A stretch of DNA of 64,000 nt from an uncultured Chitinophagales bacterium (lineage in GTDB: Bacteria; Bacteroidota; Bacteroidia; Chitinophagales; JADIYW01), in NCBI GenBank assembly GCA_964472755.1, contig CAYYMF010000004.1, positions 3,120-67,119 on the forward strand. The letters are read 5' to 3'. Below, one piece after another: positions 51,124 through 62,236 of this stretch. Position numbers and translations under genes: made by a program. The notes beneath the pieces are model-generated. The model was not told where the DNA came from. It did not search any database and saw nothing but the letters and a program-made list of their open reading frames with translations. Numbering within the stretch: the first letter of the stretch is position 1; every line of letters begins with the position of its first letter.

Positions 51124-51169
51124 AATTGCATAGTTTTTGTTGTCAGATATTCTATAAATTTGTATCGTT

Positions 51170-52939
51170 TTGAATATTGATTATAAAAAGATTGGTTTAA
51201 GCTTATTAGTAATAGTTGTGATTATTGCTTTTTATGCTATATCATTTATAAAAAAAGATAAGCAATCAGATGCTGTTATCAATTTTGATTTGACGAAAAT
51301 TAAAGAAAGAGGCATCTTGCGTGTCATTACAGAGTATAATTCCATCAGTTATTTTATTTATAAAGATGAAGTTGCTGGTTTTGATTATGAAATAATGGAA
51401 CGATTTGCAGAAAGTATTGGTGTGCGAACAGAATATATTATTGCTCATAATCATCAAGAAATGTATAATTTTTTGAGACAAGGTAAGGGTGACATCATTG
51501 TAACTGGTTTATATAAAACCAATGCCTCAGGTGTGGCTTATTCTATACCTTATAGAAAATCAGAGCAAGTTTTAGTTCAACGTAAAGCAGGAAAATATAT
51601 TCGAAAATCAGATAGTACAACGCTATATTTTCAGCATATAAATGATATAAGATCATTGGAAGCGAAAGATGTTTTTTTAACACTAAATTCGCCTTATATA
51701 GAACAGCTAAAACACTTAGCAGATACACTTGGGTTTAATGTAAATATCAATTTGGTGAGTGATGAAAGAAGTATTGAGGATTTAATAAATGCAGTTTCCG
51801 ATGCGGAAATTGACTTTACAGTCGCCGATAAAGATTTAGCCTTAACCAATAACTCATTTCTAGGAAACTTAGATTTAGGTATTCAGTTCGGAAAAGAAAA
51901 AGAATTACATTATGCAACTCGAAAATCATCAAAAGAATTACAAATTATTTTAAATGAATGGCTAAGCCATTTTATTAAATCAAGTGATTACAAACAAATT
52001 GCCAATAAATATTTTAAGTTTGATAGAAAGATTATTGATCAATTTAATGAAACAGAATACTTAACCAAAGGACAAATTTCTGTATATGATAATATTATTC
52101 AATATTTTGCCAAAGGCATCAATTGGGATTGGCGTTTAGTAGCAGCTTTGATGTATCAAGAATCTAAATTTGATCCAAACGCCACTTCGTGGGCAGGTGC
52201 AAAAGGATTAATGCAATTGATGCCAGGAACAGCAAGGCAAATGGGTTTGCATACAGGTTTGTATCAGCCAGAACAAAATGTACAAGCAGGAACAAAATAC
52301 CTAAAATATTTAGAACAATTTTGGAAAGAAGTTCCAGATTTTACACAACGAATAAAATTTATTTTAGCATCTTATAATGCAGGTGTTGGACACGTTCAAG
52401 ATGCTGCAAGGTTGGCAAAAAAATACGGCTATTCCGATACAGAATGGGATGGAAACGTGGAGTATTTTATTTTGTATAAATCTAACCCAAAATTTTATAA
52501 TGATAGAGTCGTAAAATATGGTTATGCAAGAGGTAGTGAAACCTTCAATTATGTCCGAAATATCATTAAAAAATATTTTTATTATACAGATAATATCAAT
52601 GATTCAACCAATTTAGATTTTGCATTACAACAAAAAGATTTAATTCCGTTTAATGGAATCGATGGTGTGTACAATCCAAGTGTTGGGCTGTTACAAGAAC
52701 GTGTTAGAAAAGAGTTGTTTGTTTCTAAAAAACTCTTTGAACAAAATCAAGATTTAGTTCCATTAAACAATAAAAATAATCCTTTTGATAAAGAGCCCAA
52801 TGAACTATTCAAAGAAAAGAATAAAAGCAAAAAACTCTTTGAACAAAAGAATAATCTATTTCGTAAAAATGATACAGCAAACCATCAACAATTGATGATT
52901 AAGAACGAAAATAATATTAACCAGTTAAAGCCTCGTTAG
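51170..52939 (+). CDS. mltF: MltF-like lytic transglycosylase (substrate-binding domain + SLT domain) with C-terminal extension
   Basis: IKERGILRV, GFDYE, WDWRLVAALMYQESKF (catalytic Glu), GLMQLMP, ASYNAGVGHV. Confidence 0.88.
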   Translation: MNIDYKKIGLSLLVIVVIIAFYAISFIKKDKQSDAVINFDLTKIKERGILRVITEYNSISYFIYKDEVAGFDYEIMERFAESIGVRTEYIIAHNHQEMYNFLRQGKGDIIVTGLYKTNASGVAYSIPYRKSEQVLVQRKAGKYIRKSDSTTLYFQHINDIRSLEAKDVFLTLNSPYIEQLKHLADTLGFNVNINLVSDERSIEDLINAVSDAEIDFTVADKDLALTNNSFLGNLDLGIQFGKEKELHYATRKSSKELQIILNEWLSHFIKSSDYKQIANKYFKFDRKIIDQFNETEYLTKGQISVYDNIIQYFAKGINWDWRLVAALMYQESKFDPNATSWAGAKGLMQLMPGTARQMGLHTGLYQPEQNVQAGTKYLKYLEQFWKEVPDFTQRIKFILASYNAGVGHVQDAARLAKKYGYSDTEWDGNVEYFILYKSNPKFYNDRVVKYGYARGSETFNYVRNIIKKYFYYTDNINDSTNLDFALQQKDLIPFNGIDGVYNPSVGLLQERVRKELFVSKKLFEQNQDLVPLNNKNNPFDKEPNELFKEKNKSKKLFEQKNNLFRKNDTANHQQLMIKNENNINQLKPR

Positions 52940-52940
52940 C

Positions 52941-54099
52941 TTAGTTGGTTTTTAAAACAATAATTCCGTGTGCTGGTATTGTAAACAACTTTTTCGCTCC
53001 AATCTTGCCTAAATCTTGATGCAACCATAAATCTCTAACCGTAACGTCTTATTCAATTCCGATTTTATTAGTATATAATGTATAATCAACAGATTTGTTG
53101 CTTTTATTAAAAATAGCAATCGCAAATTGGTCGCTATTTTTGCCTAAAGGTTTTACCCAAACATCAACTTTTTTACCTTTTATAATTCTTTTTACTTGCT
53201 TAAATCCTTCATCTTGATTAAGTGCAATTAATTCTTTATTAGCTAATATCTCAAGTGTTTGTTTGGACATATTTCTTAAATCATTCCCAGTCATTAATGG
53301 AGAGTTCATCATGTACCACATCGAAAAATGAGATTTATCTTCATCGTAAGTCATGCCATTGCCTACTTCCAACATATCCATATCGTTATAATGTCCAGGC
53401 GATGCATAAGGATAAAGATTGGCACTCTTTCCTATAATGTATAATATTCTTGAAAATTTAGGAAAGATATCATAAGATATACGCCAAGAATCTGCTTTGT
53501 CAATAGCCCATTTGCCTGGAAATGCCCAACGACAGATAATATAATTGATTGACTTGTCAATCTTTTTTATAGCATTATATATATTTAGGTATTCAGTTTC
53601 CTCATCTAAACGCATCGCTTCTGCACCGCACCAATCTACTTTCAAAAAGTCAAAATTCCATTGATTGAAAAATAAATCTACGTCTTCAGGAATATGTCCA
53701 TAAATACCAACACCAAACCCTTTTTTGTCTTTATCTTTACTGTAATATCCACAAGTGTTTTTTCCAGCATCAGTATAAATTCCAGCTTTTAATTCTTTTT
53801 GATGAATGTAATCTACCAAATTTCGCATACCTTAAGGAAGTTTAGTGGTGTCAATTAATAAATTTCCTTGTGCATCACGACCGCCAAAATAACCATCATC
53901 GATATTGATAAAACAATAACCATCATCATATAAACCAGATTTTATCATAGCGTCTGCTTGTCTTCTGATGACTTCCTCATTGACATTAAGTTTAAAATGA
54001 TTCCAACTGCTCCAACCCATAATTGGTGGTTGCTTATCTTGTGCATTTACTGAAAAGATTAAAAAAAAATAGTAATGTTGGAATAAGTAATAATTCCAT
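52941..54099 (-). pseudogene. GH27 alpha-galactosidase pseudogene (1 frameshift + 2 in-frame TAA)
   Basis: Signal peptide from ATG 54099 out of frame by one base at T9 tract (54061-54069); PPIMGWSSWN; TAA at 53832-53834 (KLP*GMR); KVDWCG; WRISYDI; TAA at 53049-53051 (GIE*DVTVRDLW...PAHG) ending at TAA 52941. Confidence 0.9.
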
Positions 54100-54129
54100 T
54101 TTTTTTGTTTTTATTTTAAATTTGATTAA

Positions 54130-54830
54130 TTAGATATTTACACCGAAAAGATAGCCTACAAATGCAGTTACGCCCATCGCTAAAGTTCCCCAAAATACGA
54201 CTCGTACTATTGCTTTCCATACTTTTGCTCCACCTGTTTTGGCAGAGATAATGCCTAATAAAATTAAGAATAAAATAGAGAATCCATACAAAGTGAATTC
54301 CATATTCTGGATAGGAAAAAATAGTGTGACCAATAAAGGCACCAAACCACCAGAAATAAATGCAGTTCCTGATGCAAATGCTGCTTGAATTGGATTGGCT
54401 TTCATAACTTCACTAATGCCCAATTCTTCTCTTACGTGTGCAGCTAGGCATCTATAGCAGATAGTTCTTTAGCAACTTGCATTGCAGTTTTTGATTTCAA
54501 TCCTCTTTGTTCGTATATAGCTGCTAGGGCTTTTAATTCTTCTTCGGGCATTTCTTTTAATTCTTTGGCTTCACGAGCAATATCGGCCTGTTCTATGTCA
54601 GTTTGGGAACTTACAGAAATATATTCTCCTGCAGCCATAGACAATGCACCAGCAACTAAACCAGCAATAGTAGCTAAAATAATAGGTGCTTTGTTAGCAT
54701 TTGCTGCAGCAACACCTATGGCAATACTAGAAATAGAAATAATTCCGTCGTTTGCGCCCAAAACTGCCGCTCGAAGCCAATTACTTCTATGGATATAATG
54801 ACGACTTACGTATTGCTCAATATTAACCAT
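54130..54830 (-). pseudogene. VIT1/CCC1 Fe/Mn transporter with a single -1 frameshift (or sequencing error)
   Basis: LRAAVLGANDG, SMAAGEYISVSSQ; one extra G at GG 54447-54448 (plus strand) restores DALAAHVREELGISEV and a 233-aa protein. Confidence 0.85.
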
Positions 54831-55209
54831 ACTTCTCAGTTCTCAAAGATAGTAATTGTTCAAGAGAATCTAAAATAGATTTTAAAACTACTGCTTGATT
54901 GTAATGCTCATCTTTTGCTCCATATAATAGACAAACTGATTGTTTTTTAGCTATATCTAGAATGTGTTGTAATGCAGCCTTTTGTTGTTGAAGTTCTGAT
55001 TTGTATTTTTTTGAAAATTCAGGGAACAATTCAGGTTGATGATTGAACCATTTTCTCAATTCAGTGGAAGGTGCAATTTCTTTTATCCATTCATCAATTT
55101 TTGCATGCTCTTTGCTAATACCTCTTGGCCATAAACGGTCAACTAAAATTCTGTAACCATCATTAGCTGTTGGTGCTTCGTAAATTCTTTTTATTTTGAT
55201 ACTATGCAT
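54823..55209 (-). CDS. DUF488 family protein (YeaO-like; start probably ATG 55209)
   Basis: IKIKRIYE, DGYRILVDRLWPRG, IAPSTELRKWF, NQAVVL. Confidence 0.88.
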   Translation of the reverse strand: MHSIKIKRIYEAPTANDGYRILVDRLWPRGISKEHAKIDEWIKEIAPSTELRKWFNHQPELFPEFSKKYKSELQQQKAALQHILDIAKKQSVCLLYGAKDEHYNQAVVLKSILDSLEQLLSLRTEKYG

Positions 55210-55464
55210 TTTGTTGTTTTCTTTATAACAAGTTTTTGAAGTTATAGTTGTGCGTTTAATTTTATTAGATATAACATCATTTTTAATTGATTGGTTCATC
55301 TAAAAGCATAAATTTTATGGTTGGAAATTCTTGCACGATAAATATACCTGTAATTTTAGATTAGAAAATTTTACTATTACAATCAATAATTAAAGTGCAT
55401 TTGCTTATCTGTTCTTATAATCTGCTAGAAAAAATAATCTATCTTTGTAAAAAAATAGTTTATA

Positions 55465-55800
55465 ATGTCTGAAATTATTCCATGCCCAAAATGTAAATCT
55501 GAATATACTTATTTTGATGAACCTATGATGATTTGTCCAGAATGTGCTTACGAATGGAATCCAAATGAAATACAACAGGAAGAAGGATTGACTGTAAAAG
55601 ATGCTAATGGAAATCTTTTAGCTGATGGAGATGCAGTTGTAATCGTTAAGAATTTACCTGTTAAAGGAATGCCACAGCCAATAAAAGCAGGAACTAAAAT
55701 TAAAAATATCCGTTTGGTAGAAGGCGACCATAATATTGATTGTAAGATAGAAGGTTTTGGAGCAATGTCGATAAAATCAGAATTTGTAAAAAAAGCATAA
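55465..55800 (+). CDS. yjdM: Zinc-ribbon protein YjdM/PhnA
   Basis: [35 protein letters not shown]. Confidence 0.92.
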   Translation: MSEIIPCPKCKSEYTYFDEPMMICPECAYEWNPNEIQQEEGLTVKDANGNLLADGDAVVIVKNLPVKGMPQPIKAGTKIKNIRLVEGDHNIDCKIEGFGAMSIKSEFVKKA

Positions 55801-55923
55801 CTATAGCTGAATTTTACTAAGTATAAGACTTGATAATAATTCTATACTTTGTAATTTGTTCATTTTGAATTATGATACATGCTATATTGTTTTTTTGTAA
55901 ATTAAAGAACTAAAAGTTAAAAA

Positions 55924-55955
55924 TTTGCTAGTTTGATGAAAATATACTATATTTG
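55924..55955 (+). promoter_or_regulatory. Promoter of rimP-nusA-infB operon
   Basis: TTTG (55924-27)-N20-TATATTTG (55948-55), exact Bacteroidota consensus. Confidence 0.8.
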
Positions 55956-55971
55956 CATTCGATTTGAAGGG

Positions 55972-55998
55972 AAGAGGACTAAAAAAGTCCTCTTTTTT
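55972..55998 (+). promoter_or_regulatory. rimP leader terminator-like hairpin (attenuator)
   Basis: AAGAGGACT-aaaaa-AGTCCTCTT + T-run between promoter and rimP ATG. Confidence 0.75.
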
Positions 55999-56011
55999 AT
56001 TACAGATAAAA

Positions 56012-56488
56012 ATGGAAAATTTAATTCAATTAAAAGAAAAGATAGAAAATCATTTGCAAACCTATTTTGCAAAGACCTTTTTATTTATTGCTGAAGTAAA
56101 AGTGTTACCTACTCAAAAAATTGAAGTTTTTGTAGATAGGACCGATACAAATATTTCTATTGATGAATGTGTTAAAATCAGTAGAAATTTAGAAGAATAT
56201 TTAGAAACAAATGGTTTAGTTGGTGAGAAATATACATTAGAAGTATCTTCGCCAGGCTTAGACCAACCATTTAAAGTACCACAACAATTTGAAAAAGCTA
56301 TCAACCAAAAAGTTGAGGTTTTAAGAGTAGATGGCGAAAAATTTATTGGAGCACTTTTGTCTTATGATGGCGAAAAGGTTACCATAAAATCAGAAAAAAA
56401 AGTTAAGAAAGAAATCATAGAAGAAATAATAGAAATAAATCTTCAAGAAATCAAATCAATTAAAAAACATTTTATTTTTAAAGTATAA
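56012..56488 (+). CDS. rimP: Ribosome maturation factor RimP (start revised to ATG 56012)
   Basis: ISIDECVKISR, YTLEVSSPGLDQP; longer ORF start lies within the leader hairpin. Confidence 0.93.
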   Translation: MENLIQLKEKIENHLQTYFAKTFLFIAEVKVLPTQKIEVFVDRTDTNISIDECVKISRNLEEYLETNGLVGEKYTLEVSSPGLDQPFKVPQQFEKAINQKVEVLRVDGEKFIGALLSYDGEKVTIKSEKKVKKEIIEEIIEINLQEIKSIKKHFIFKV

Positions 56489-56493
56489 AAAGT

Positions 56494-57729
56494 ATGAATA
56501 CTGCAGATTTAATAGAGTCATTTTCCGAGTTTAAGGACTTTAAGAACATTAACAGACCCACAATGATGAGGGTGTTAGAAGATGTATTTAAAACATTACT
56601 TAGAAAGAAATATACATCTGACCAAAATTTTGATATTATCGTAAATCCTGATAAGGGCGACTTAGAAATATGGCGACATCGTGATGTTGTTGAAGATGGT
56701 GCCGTTGAAGATAGATTGGCACAAGTAGAAATCAGCTATGCTAAAAAAATTGAACCAGATATGGAAGTGGGTGAGGAATTATATGAACCTATTTTATTAG
56801 AGTCATTTGGTCGTCGTTCAGTATTGGCAGCAAGGCAAACTTTAATTTCAAGAATTTTAGATTTAGAAAAAGACGAGGTTTATAAAAAATATAAAGATAG
56901 AATTGGTGAAATTATCAGTGCCGAAGTTTATCAAGTATGGAAAAAAGAAATTTTGTTATTAGATGATGATGGTAATGAATTAATATTACCTAAAAACGAA
57001 CAGATTAAAACAGATTTTTATAAAAAAGGTGATACCATTCGTGCCGTTATTAAAGATGTAGAATTAAGAGGTAATACACCACAAGTTATTTTATCTAGAA
57101 CTGCTCCAGAATTTTTAGCTAAATTATTAGAGCAAGAAGTACCTGAAATTTTTGATGGCTTAATCATTATTAAAAAAATAGTTAGAGAACCAGGTGAACG
57201 TGCAAAAGTTACTGTTGAATCTTATGATGATAGAATTGACCCAGTAGGTGCATGCGTTGGTATGAAAGGTTCTCGTATTCATGGCATTGTAAGAGAATTA
57301 AGAAATGAAAATATCGATATCATCAATTATACAAATAATTTAATGTTGTTAATTCAACGTGCTTTAACGCCTGCAAAAATTGAATCTATTTCAGTTGATG
57401 AAGAAAAGAAAAAAGTTTCCGTATTTTTGAAACCAGATCAAGTATCTTTGGCAATTGGAAAAGGAGGATACAATATTAAATTAGCTGGAAAATTAACAGG
57501 CTATGAAATTGACGTATTTAGAGATACCGATGAAATTCAAGATGATGTTGATTTAGAAGAATTCAAAGACGAAATTGACGATTGGATTATCAAAATTTTA
57601 AAAGATATGGGCTGCGACACAGCTAAAAACGTACTGGAAATTGATAGAGACGACTTAATTAGAAGAACAGACTTAGAAGAAGAAACTGTTGATGAGATTA
57701 TAAGAATTCTGAGTGCAGAATTTGAATAA
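56494..57729 (+). CDS. nusA: Transcription termination/antitermination factor NusA
   Basis: S1 and KH domains, REPGERAKV, DPVGACVGMKGSRI, LAIGKGG. Confidence 0.97.
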   Translation: MNTADLIESFSEFKDFKNINRPTMMRVLEDVFKTLLRKKYTSDQNFDIIVNPDKGDLEIWRHRDVVEDGAVEDRLAQVEISYAKKIEPDMEVGEELYEPILLESFGRRSVLAARQTLISRILDLEKDEVYKKYKDRIGEIISAEVYQVWKKEILLLDDDGNELILPKNEQIKTDFYKKGDTIRAVIKDVELRGNTPQVILSRTAPEFLAKLLEQEVPEIFDGLIIIKKIVREPGERAKVTVESYDDRIDPVGACVGMKGSRIHGIVRELRNENIDIINYTNNLMLLIQRALTPAKIESISVDEEKKKVSVFLKPDQVSLAIGKGGYNIKLAGKLTGYEIDVFRDTDEIQDDVDLEEFKDEIDDWIIKILKDMGCDTAKNVLEIDRDDLIRRTDLEEETVDEIIRILSAEFE

Positions 57730-57767
57730 TTATTACTTAAAAATAAAAAATCATTTTATAGCATAAT

Positions 57768-60548
57768 ATGTCCGAAACAAAAACAATAAGATTAGCCAGT
57801 GCTGCCAAAGAATTAAATGTTGGCATAGGTACTATTGTAGATCACCTACAAAACAAAGGCTATTCTGAAATAGACAGCAAACCAAATACTAAACTAACAG
57901 AGGAACAATATAATGTGCTTCTAAAGGATTTCTCTTCATCAATAGAAATTAAAGAAAGAGCCGAACAATTGAATATCGGTAAACGTAAAGATGAAGAAGA
58001 AATTTATGTAAAGAAAGAGGAGAAAGTTGAGAAGATAGAAGTTCCTGAGCCAAAAGAAGAGCCAAAGCCAGAACCTGAAATTAAGGAAGTGAAAATAGAA
58101 CCAATTTCTGCAGAGTCGGAAATTGATACACTTAAAGTTGTTGGCAAAATTGATTTAGATGCACTAAATAAAAAGCCAGCTAAGAAAACGACTAAGAAGA
58201 AAGAAGAAGTTGTCACTGAAGCTCCAATTGAAACTAAAGTTGAGTCAGAACCAAAAAAAGAAGAAACTCAGCCTAAGACAAAAAAAGAAAAAGTTGAAGT
58301 TGTTGAAAAAGTTGTTACGAAAGAACCTGAAAAGGAAGTAGAATTAATAAAAGCTGAAGCAGAAAAATTAGCAGGTCCAAAAATCTTAGGAAAGATTGAA
58401 TTAAAACAAGAGAAGCGACCAGAACAAATTTACAGACAGGAAGAGAAACAGCGTAAAGAAAAGGAAGAGGAAAAGAAAAAAGAGGAAGCTAGAGAACAGG
58501 AAAAAAAGAAACGTGCTAGAATTCACGCTAATAAAGTGGATGTAAAAGTTTTTGAAAAATCAAATCCTGGGAAAACATCAGATAATAATTTCAGAAAAGA
58601 TAATAATTTCAGAAAAGGAGGGAAGTTTACAAAACCTGAACCAGAAGCGGTTTCTGAAAAAGATATTAACGACAAGATTAAAGCCACAATGGCTAAACTT
58701 GCTGGAACAAGAGGCAAATCAACTGGGGTAAAATACAGAAGAGATAAACGTGAAGAACATGCAAGAAGAGCAGAAGAAGAATCAGTAGATTCAAGAATAT
58801 TACAAGTTACTGAATTTATTACGGTTTCTGAATTAGCAAGTTTAATGAATGTTGAACCTACAGCAATTATTAAAGTTTGTATGGGATTAGGTGTCTTCGT
58901 TTCTATCAATCAAAGAATTGATGCTGAAATTATAGAATTGGTTGCTGGTGAGTTTGATTATGAAGTGCAATTTACTACGATTACCGAGCAAGAAGAAGAG
59001 GAAATGGCGGAAGTTGACGATCCTAAAGATTTAGTTCCAAGATCGCCAATTGTTACCATTATGGGACACGTGGATCATGGTAAAACATCTTTATTGGACT
59101 ATATTCGTGATGGAAACGTAGTCGCAGGTGAGATGGGTGGAATTACACAACATATTGGTGCTTATGAAGTAACAACAGCAAAAGGTAATAAAATAACTTT
59201 CTTAGATACACCAGGTCACGAAGCGTTTACGGCGATGAGAGCCAGAGGTGCAAAATTGACAGATATTGTAATTATTGTAGTCGCTGCCGATGATAAAGTC
59301 ATGCCACAAACTCGTGAAGCGATTAGTCACGCACAAGCAGCAGGTGTACCAATGATTTTTGCAATTAACAAAATTGATAAACCAGCAGCAAATCCAGATG
59401 CTGTGCGTACGCAACTTTCTGAAATGAACATTTTAGTAGAAGAATGGGGCGGAAAATATCAATGTCAAGAAATATCTGCCAAAAAGGGTTTAAATATTGA
59501 TATTCTTTTAGAAAAAGTATTATTAGAATCAGAATTATTAGACTTAAAAGCTAATCCAAATAAAAAAGCAATTGGTTCTGTAATTGAGGCAAGTTTGGAT
59601 AAAGGTCGTGGATATGTTTCAACTGTGATGGTACAAGATGGCACTTTGAAGATTGGAGATGTGATGGTTGCTGGACAATATCACGGAAAAGTGAAAGCAT
59701 TATATAATGAACGTGGTTTAAGAATTAACTCAGCTGGTCCATCTTCTCCTGTTCAGGTTTTAGGTTTGTTGGGTGCTCCAAATTCAGGTGATAAACTAAA
59801 AGTTTATGATGGAGAAAGTGAAGCAAAAGAGGTTGCCAATAAACGTGCTACAATTCTAAGAGAACAAGGGTTAAGAGCGAAAAAACATATTACTTTAGAT
59901 GAAATTGGAAGACGTCTAGCTTTAGGAAACTTTAAAGAGTTGAATTTAATTATCAAAGGTGATGTAGATGGCTCTGTGGAGGCATTGAGTGACTCATTAT
60001 TGAAATTATCTACCGAAGAGGTTCAAATTAATATCATTCACAAAGGTGTTGGTCAAATTTCTGAATCAGATGTATTATTGGCTTCTGCTTCAGATGCAAT
60101 TATTATTGCATTCCAAGTTAGACCATCAGCAAATGCGAAATTAATTGCAGAAAAAGAAGATATACAAATTAAGATGTATTCTGTTATTTATAATGCAATT
60201 GAAGAAGTGAAATCAGCAATGGAAGGTTTATTAGAACCTAAATTTGAAGAGAAAATAGTAGGTAATGTTGAAGTTAGAGAAGTATTTAAAGTAAGTAAAA
60301 TTGGTACAATCGCAGGTTGTTATGTTACTGATGGTAAAATTGTTCGCTCTAACGGAGTTCGTATTATTAGAGATGGTATTGTGGTGTATGAAGGTGGCTT
60401 AGACTCATTGAAACGTTTCAAAGACGATGTAAAAGAAGTTACTAAAGGTTATGAATGTGGTATCAAAATTAAGAACTACAACGATATTGTTGAAGGCGAT
60501 ATTATCGAATCATTCGAACAAGTAGAAGTAAAACGTAAATTGAGCTAA
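57768..60548 (+). CDS. infB: Translation initiation factor IF-2
   Basis: [34 protein letters not shown]. Confidence 0.98.
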   Translation: MSETKTIRLASAAKELNVGIGTIVDHLQNKGYSEIDSKPNTKLTEEQYNVLLKDFSSSIEIKERAEQLNIGKRKDEEEIYVKKEEKVEKIEVPEPKEEPKPEPEIKEVKIEPISAESEIDTLKVVGKIDLDALNKKPAKKTTKKKEEVVTEAPIETKVESEPKKEETQPKTKKEKVEVVEKVVTKEPEKEVELIKAEAEKLAGPKILGKIELKQEKRPEQIYRQEEKQRKEKEEEKKKEEAREQEKKKRARIHANKVDVKVFEKSNPGKTSDNNFRKDNNFRKGGKFTKPEPEAVSEKDINDKIKATMAKLAGTRGKSTGVKYRRDKREEHARRAEEESVDSRILQVTEFITVSELASLMNVEPTAIIKVCMGLGVFVSINQRIDAEIIELVAGEFDYEVQFTTITEQEEEEMAEVDDPKDLVPRSPIVTIMGHVDHGKTSLLDYIRDGNVVAGEMGGITQHIGAYEVTTAKGNKITFLDTPGHEAFTAMRARGAKLTDIVIIVVAADDKVMPQTREAISHAQAAGVPMIFAINKIDKPAANPDAVRTQLSEMNILVEEWGGKYQCQEISAKKGLNIDILLEKVLLESELLDLKANPNKKAIGSVIEASLDKGRGYVSTVMVQDGTLKIGDVMVAGQYHGKVKALYNERGLRINSAGPSSPVQVLGLLGAPNSGDKLKVYDGESEAKEVANKRATILREQGLRAKKHITLDEIGRRLALGNFKELNLIIKGDVDGSVEALSDSLLKLSTEEVQINIIHKGVGQISESDVLLASASDAIIIAFQVRPSANAKLIAEKEDIQIKMYSVIYNAIEEVKSAMEGLLEPKFEEKIVGNVEVREVFKVSKIGTIAGCYVTDGKIVRSNGVRIIRDGIVVYEGGLDSLKRFKDDVKEVTKGYECGIKIKNYNDIVEGDIIESFEQVEVKRKLS
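58581..58616 (+). repeat. Perfect 18-bp tandem duplication in infB (DNNFRK x2)
   Basis: GATAATAATTTCAGAAAA twice in tandem. Confidence 0.85.
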
Positions 60549-60575
60549 ATTTTTGTTTTGCATACTAATAATTAT

Positions 60576-60607
60576 AAAATGGCTGCCTTTGTGCAGCTAT
60601 TTTTTTT
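60576..60607 (+). terminator. Intrinsic terminator after infB
   Basis: AAAATGGCTGC...GCAGCTATTTT + T-run. Confidence 0.8.
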
Positions 60608-60762
60608 CCTAAATCCTTTTAAAATAGTTATTCATATTAACATTAAGATTTGTTTAGCTTATAAATATTAATTGGGTAATTATCTTGTATTTATTTGAAT
60701 AGATTTATAGAATATTACTAAATTTTACTTAATTTAATTGGGTATTGAGCGATAAATACATT

Positions 60763-60781
60763 ATTTAGAATCATTATAAAA
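60763..60781 (+). promoter_or_regulatory. Fur-like box upstream of Fe-S oxidoreductase operon
   Basis: ATTTAGAATCATTATAAAA; putative promoter TTG(60805)-N20-TATTTTAG(60828) downstream. Confidence 0.55.
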
Positions 60782-60853
60782 TAAGGCTTTTCATTAGAAA
60801 AATATTGCAGAATACGTTCAAACATCGTATTTTAGTCAAAATTTTCCAAAAAA

Positions 60854-62194
60854 ATGTTTTTAACAATTATTCAGATGATTTTATTCTACGCCATAACTGG
60901 TGCAGTAGGATATTTTGCTTTCAAAAAATTCAAAGAGGTTTATGACAATATCAAAATGGGACAACCAGAAAGGATTGATACATCATTCAGTTTTAGACTA
61001 AAAAATATGTTCTTAATTGCATTTGGGCAAAAGAAAATGTTTAAAATTACCTTTCCTGCAATGTTGCACTTAGTTATTTATTTATCTTTTGTAATCACAC
61101 AAATCGAGTTGATTGAGATTATGTTAGATGGAGCAACTGGACAGCACAGAATACTATTTCATTATATTTTCCAAGGTAATATTTTAGAAGGATTTTATCG
61201 TTTTGTAGTTAGTTTCATAGAAGTATTATCGTTATTAACTTTCTTTGTTACAATTGTATTTATTTTAAGAAGAACAATTTTTAAAATTAATAGATTTAAT
61301 AAGCCAGAAATGAAAGGCTGGCCAACAAAAGATGGCTTACTCATTTTAGCTTTTGAATTAACTTTAATTACATTCATCTTTATGATGAATGGTGCGGATA
61401 GAGCATTGCAATTACAAGGGGACCCACATTATATAGATACCAAAGGCTTTTTATTAAGTAACTTTTTAGGTCATAGTCTGATGAATTTACCTCACGGTGC
61501 ATTAGTGATGATGGAAAGAATTGGTTGGTGGGGACATTTAAGTATGGTATTTGCTTTTATGTTGTATCTCCCATATTCAAAACATTTACATATTTTATTG
61601 GCATTCCCAAATACTTTCTTTTCAAGACCAGAACCTAAAGGACAAATTCGTAATATGGAAAGTGTTATGCACGAAGTAAAATCCATGTTTGATGATGCTT
61701 ACCAAGCTCCTGAAGTTGAAGGAGAAATTAAATTTGGTGCTAAAGATGTGTTTGATTTATCTTGGAAAAGTTTGTTAGATGCCTATACTTGTACAGAGTG
61801 CGGTCGTTGTACCCAAGCTTGTCCTGCAAATCAAACAGGAAAATTATTATCTCCTAGAAAAATCATGATTGATACACGTGATAGAATGGAGGAAATTGCA
61901 AGAAATAGAAAAATTCATGGACCTGATTTTACAGACAATAAAACCTTATTGAATGATTATGTTACAGCCGAAGAATTAAAGGCTTGTACAACTTGTAATG
62001 CTTGTGTGGAAGAATGTCCTGTTAATATTTCTCCATTAAATATCATTTTAGAATTGAGAAGAAATATGATTATGGACGAAAGTAATTCTCCGCAGGAATG
62101 GAATACAATGTTTGCTAATATGGAAAATAATCAAGCACCTTGGCAATTCTCAATGGAAGACAGATTGAACTGGACGGACGATTTGAATAAATAA
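60854..62194 (+). CDS. Membrane-anchored Fe-S oxidoreductase (TM cytochrome-b-like domain + 2x[4Fe-4S])
   Basis: ~5 TM helices with His residues; CTECGRCTQACP and CTTCNACVEECP. Confidence 0.88.
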   Translation: MFLTIIQMILFYAITGAVGYFAFKKFKEVYDNIKMGQPERIDTSFSFRLKNMFLIAFGQKKMFKITFPAMLHLVIYLSFVITQIELIEIMLDGATGQHRILFHYIFQGNILEGFYRFVVSFIEVLSLLTFFVTIVFILRRTIFKINRFNKPEMKGWPTKDGLLILAFELTLITFIFMMNGADRALQLQGDPHYIDTKGFLLSNFLGHSLMNLPHGALVMMERIGWWGHLSMVFAFMLYLPYSKHLHILLAFPNTFFSRPEPKGQIRNMESVMHEVKSMFDDAYQAPEVEGEIKFGAKDVFDLSWKSLLDAYTCTECGRCTQACPANQTGKLLSPRKIMIDTRDRMEEIARNRKIHGPDFTDNKTLLNDYVTAEELKACTTCNACVEECPVNISPLNIILELRRNMIMDESNSPQEWNTMFANMENNQAPWQFSMEDRLNWTDDLNK

Positions 62195-62236
62195 TAAAGT
62201 AAATCAATATTTTAATAACTAACAACAATACTCAAT

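Noticed and set aside
53049-53834. Stop-codon reassignment or programmed readthrough of TAA in the GH27 gene
   Set aside because: TAA terminates most intact genes in this window, and the gene also carries a frameshift
55210-55299. 30-aa N-terminal extension of DUF488 in the ORF track
   Set aside because: Family similarity starts at MHSIKIKRIY; extension has no recognisable motif
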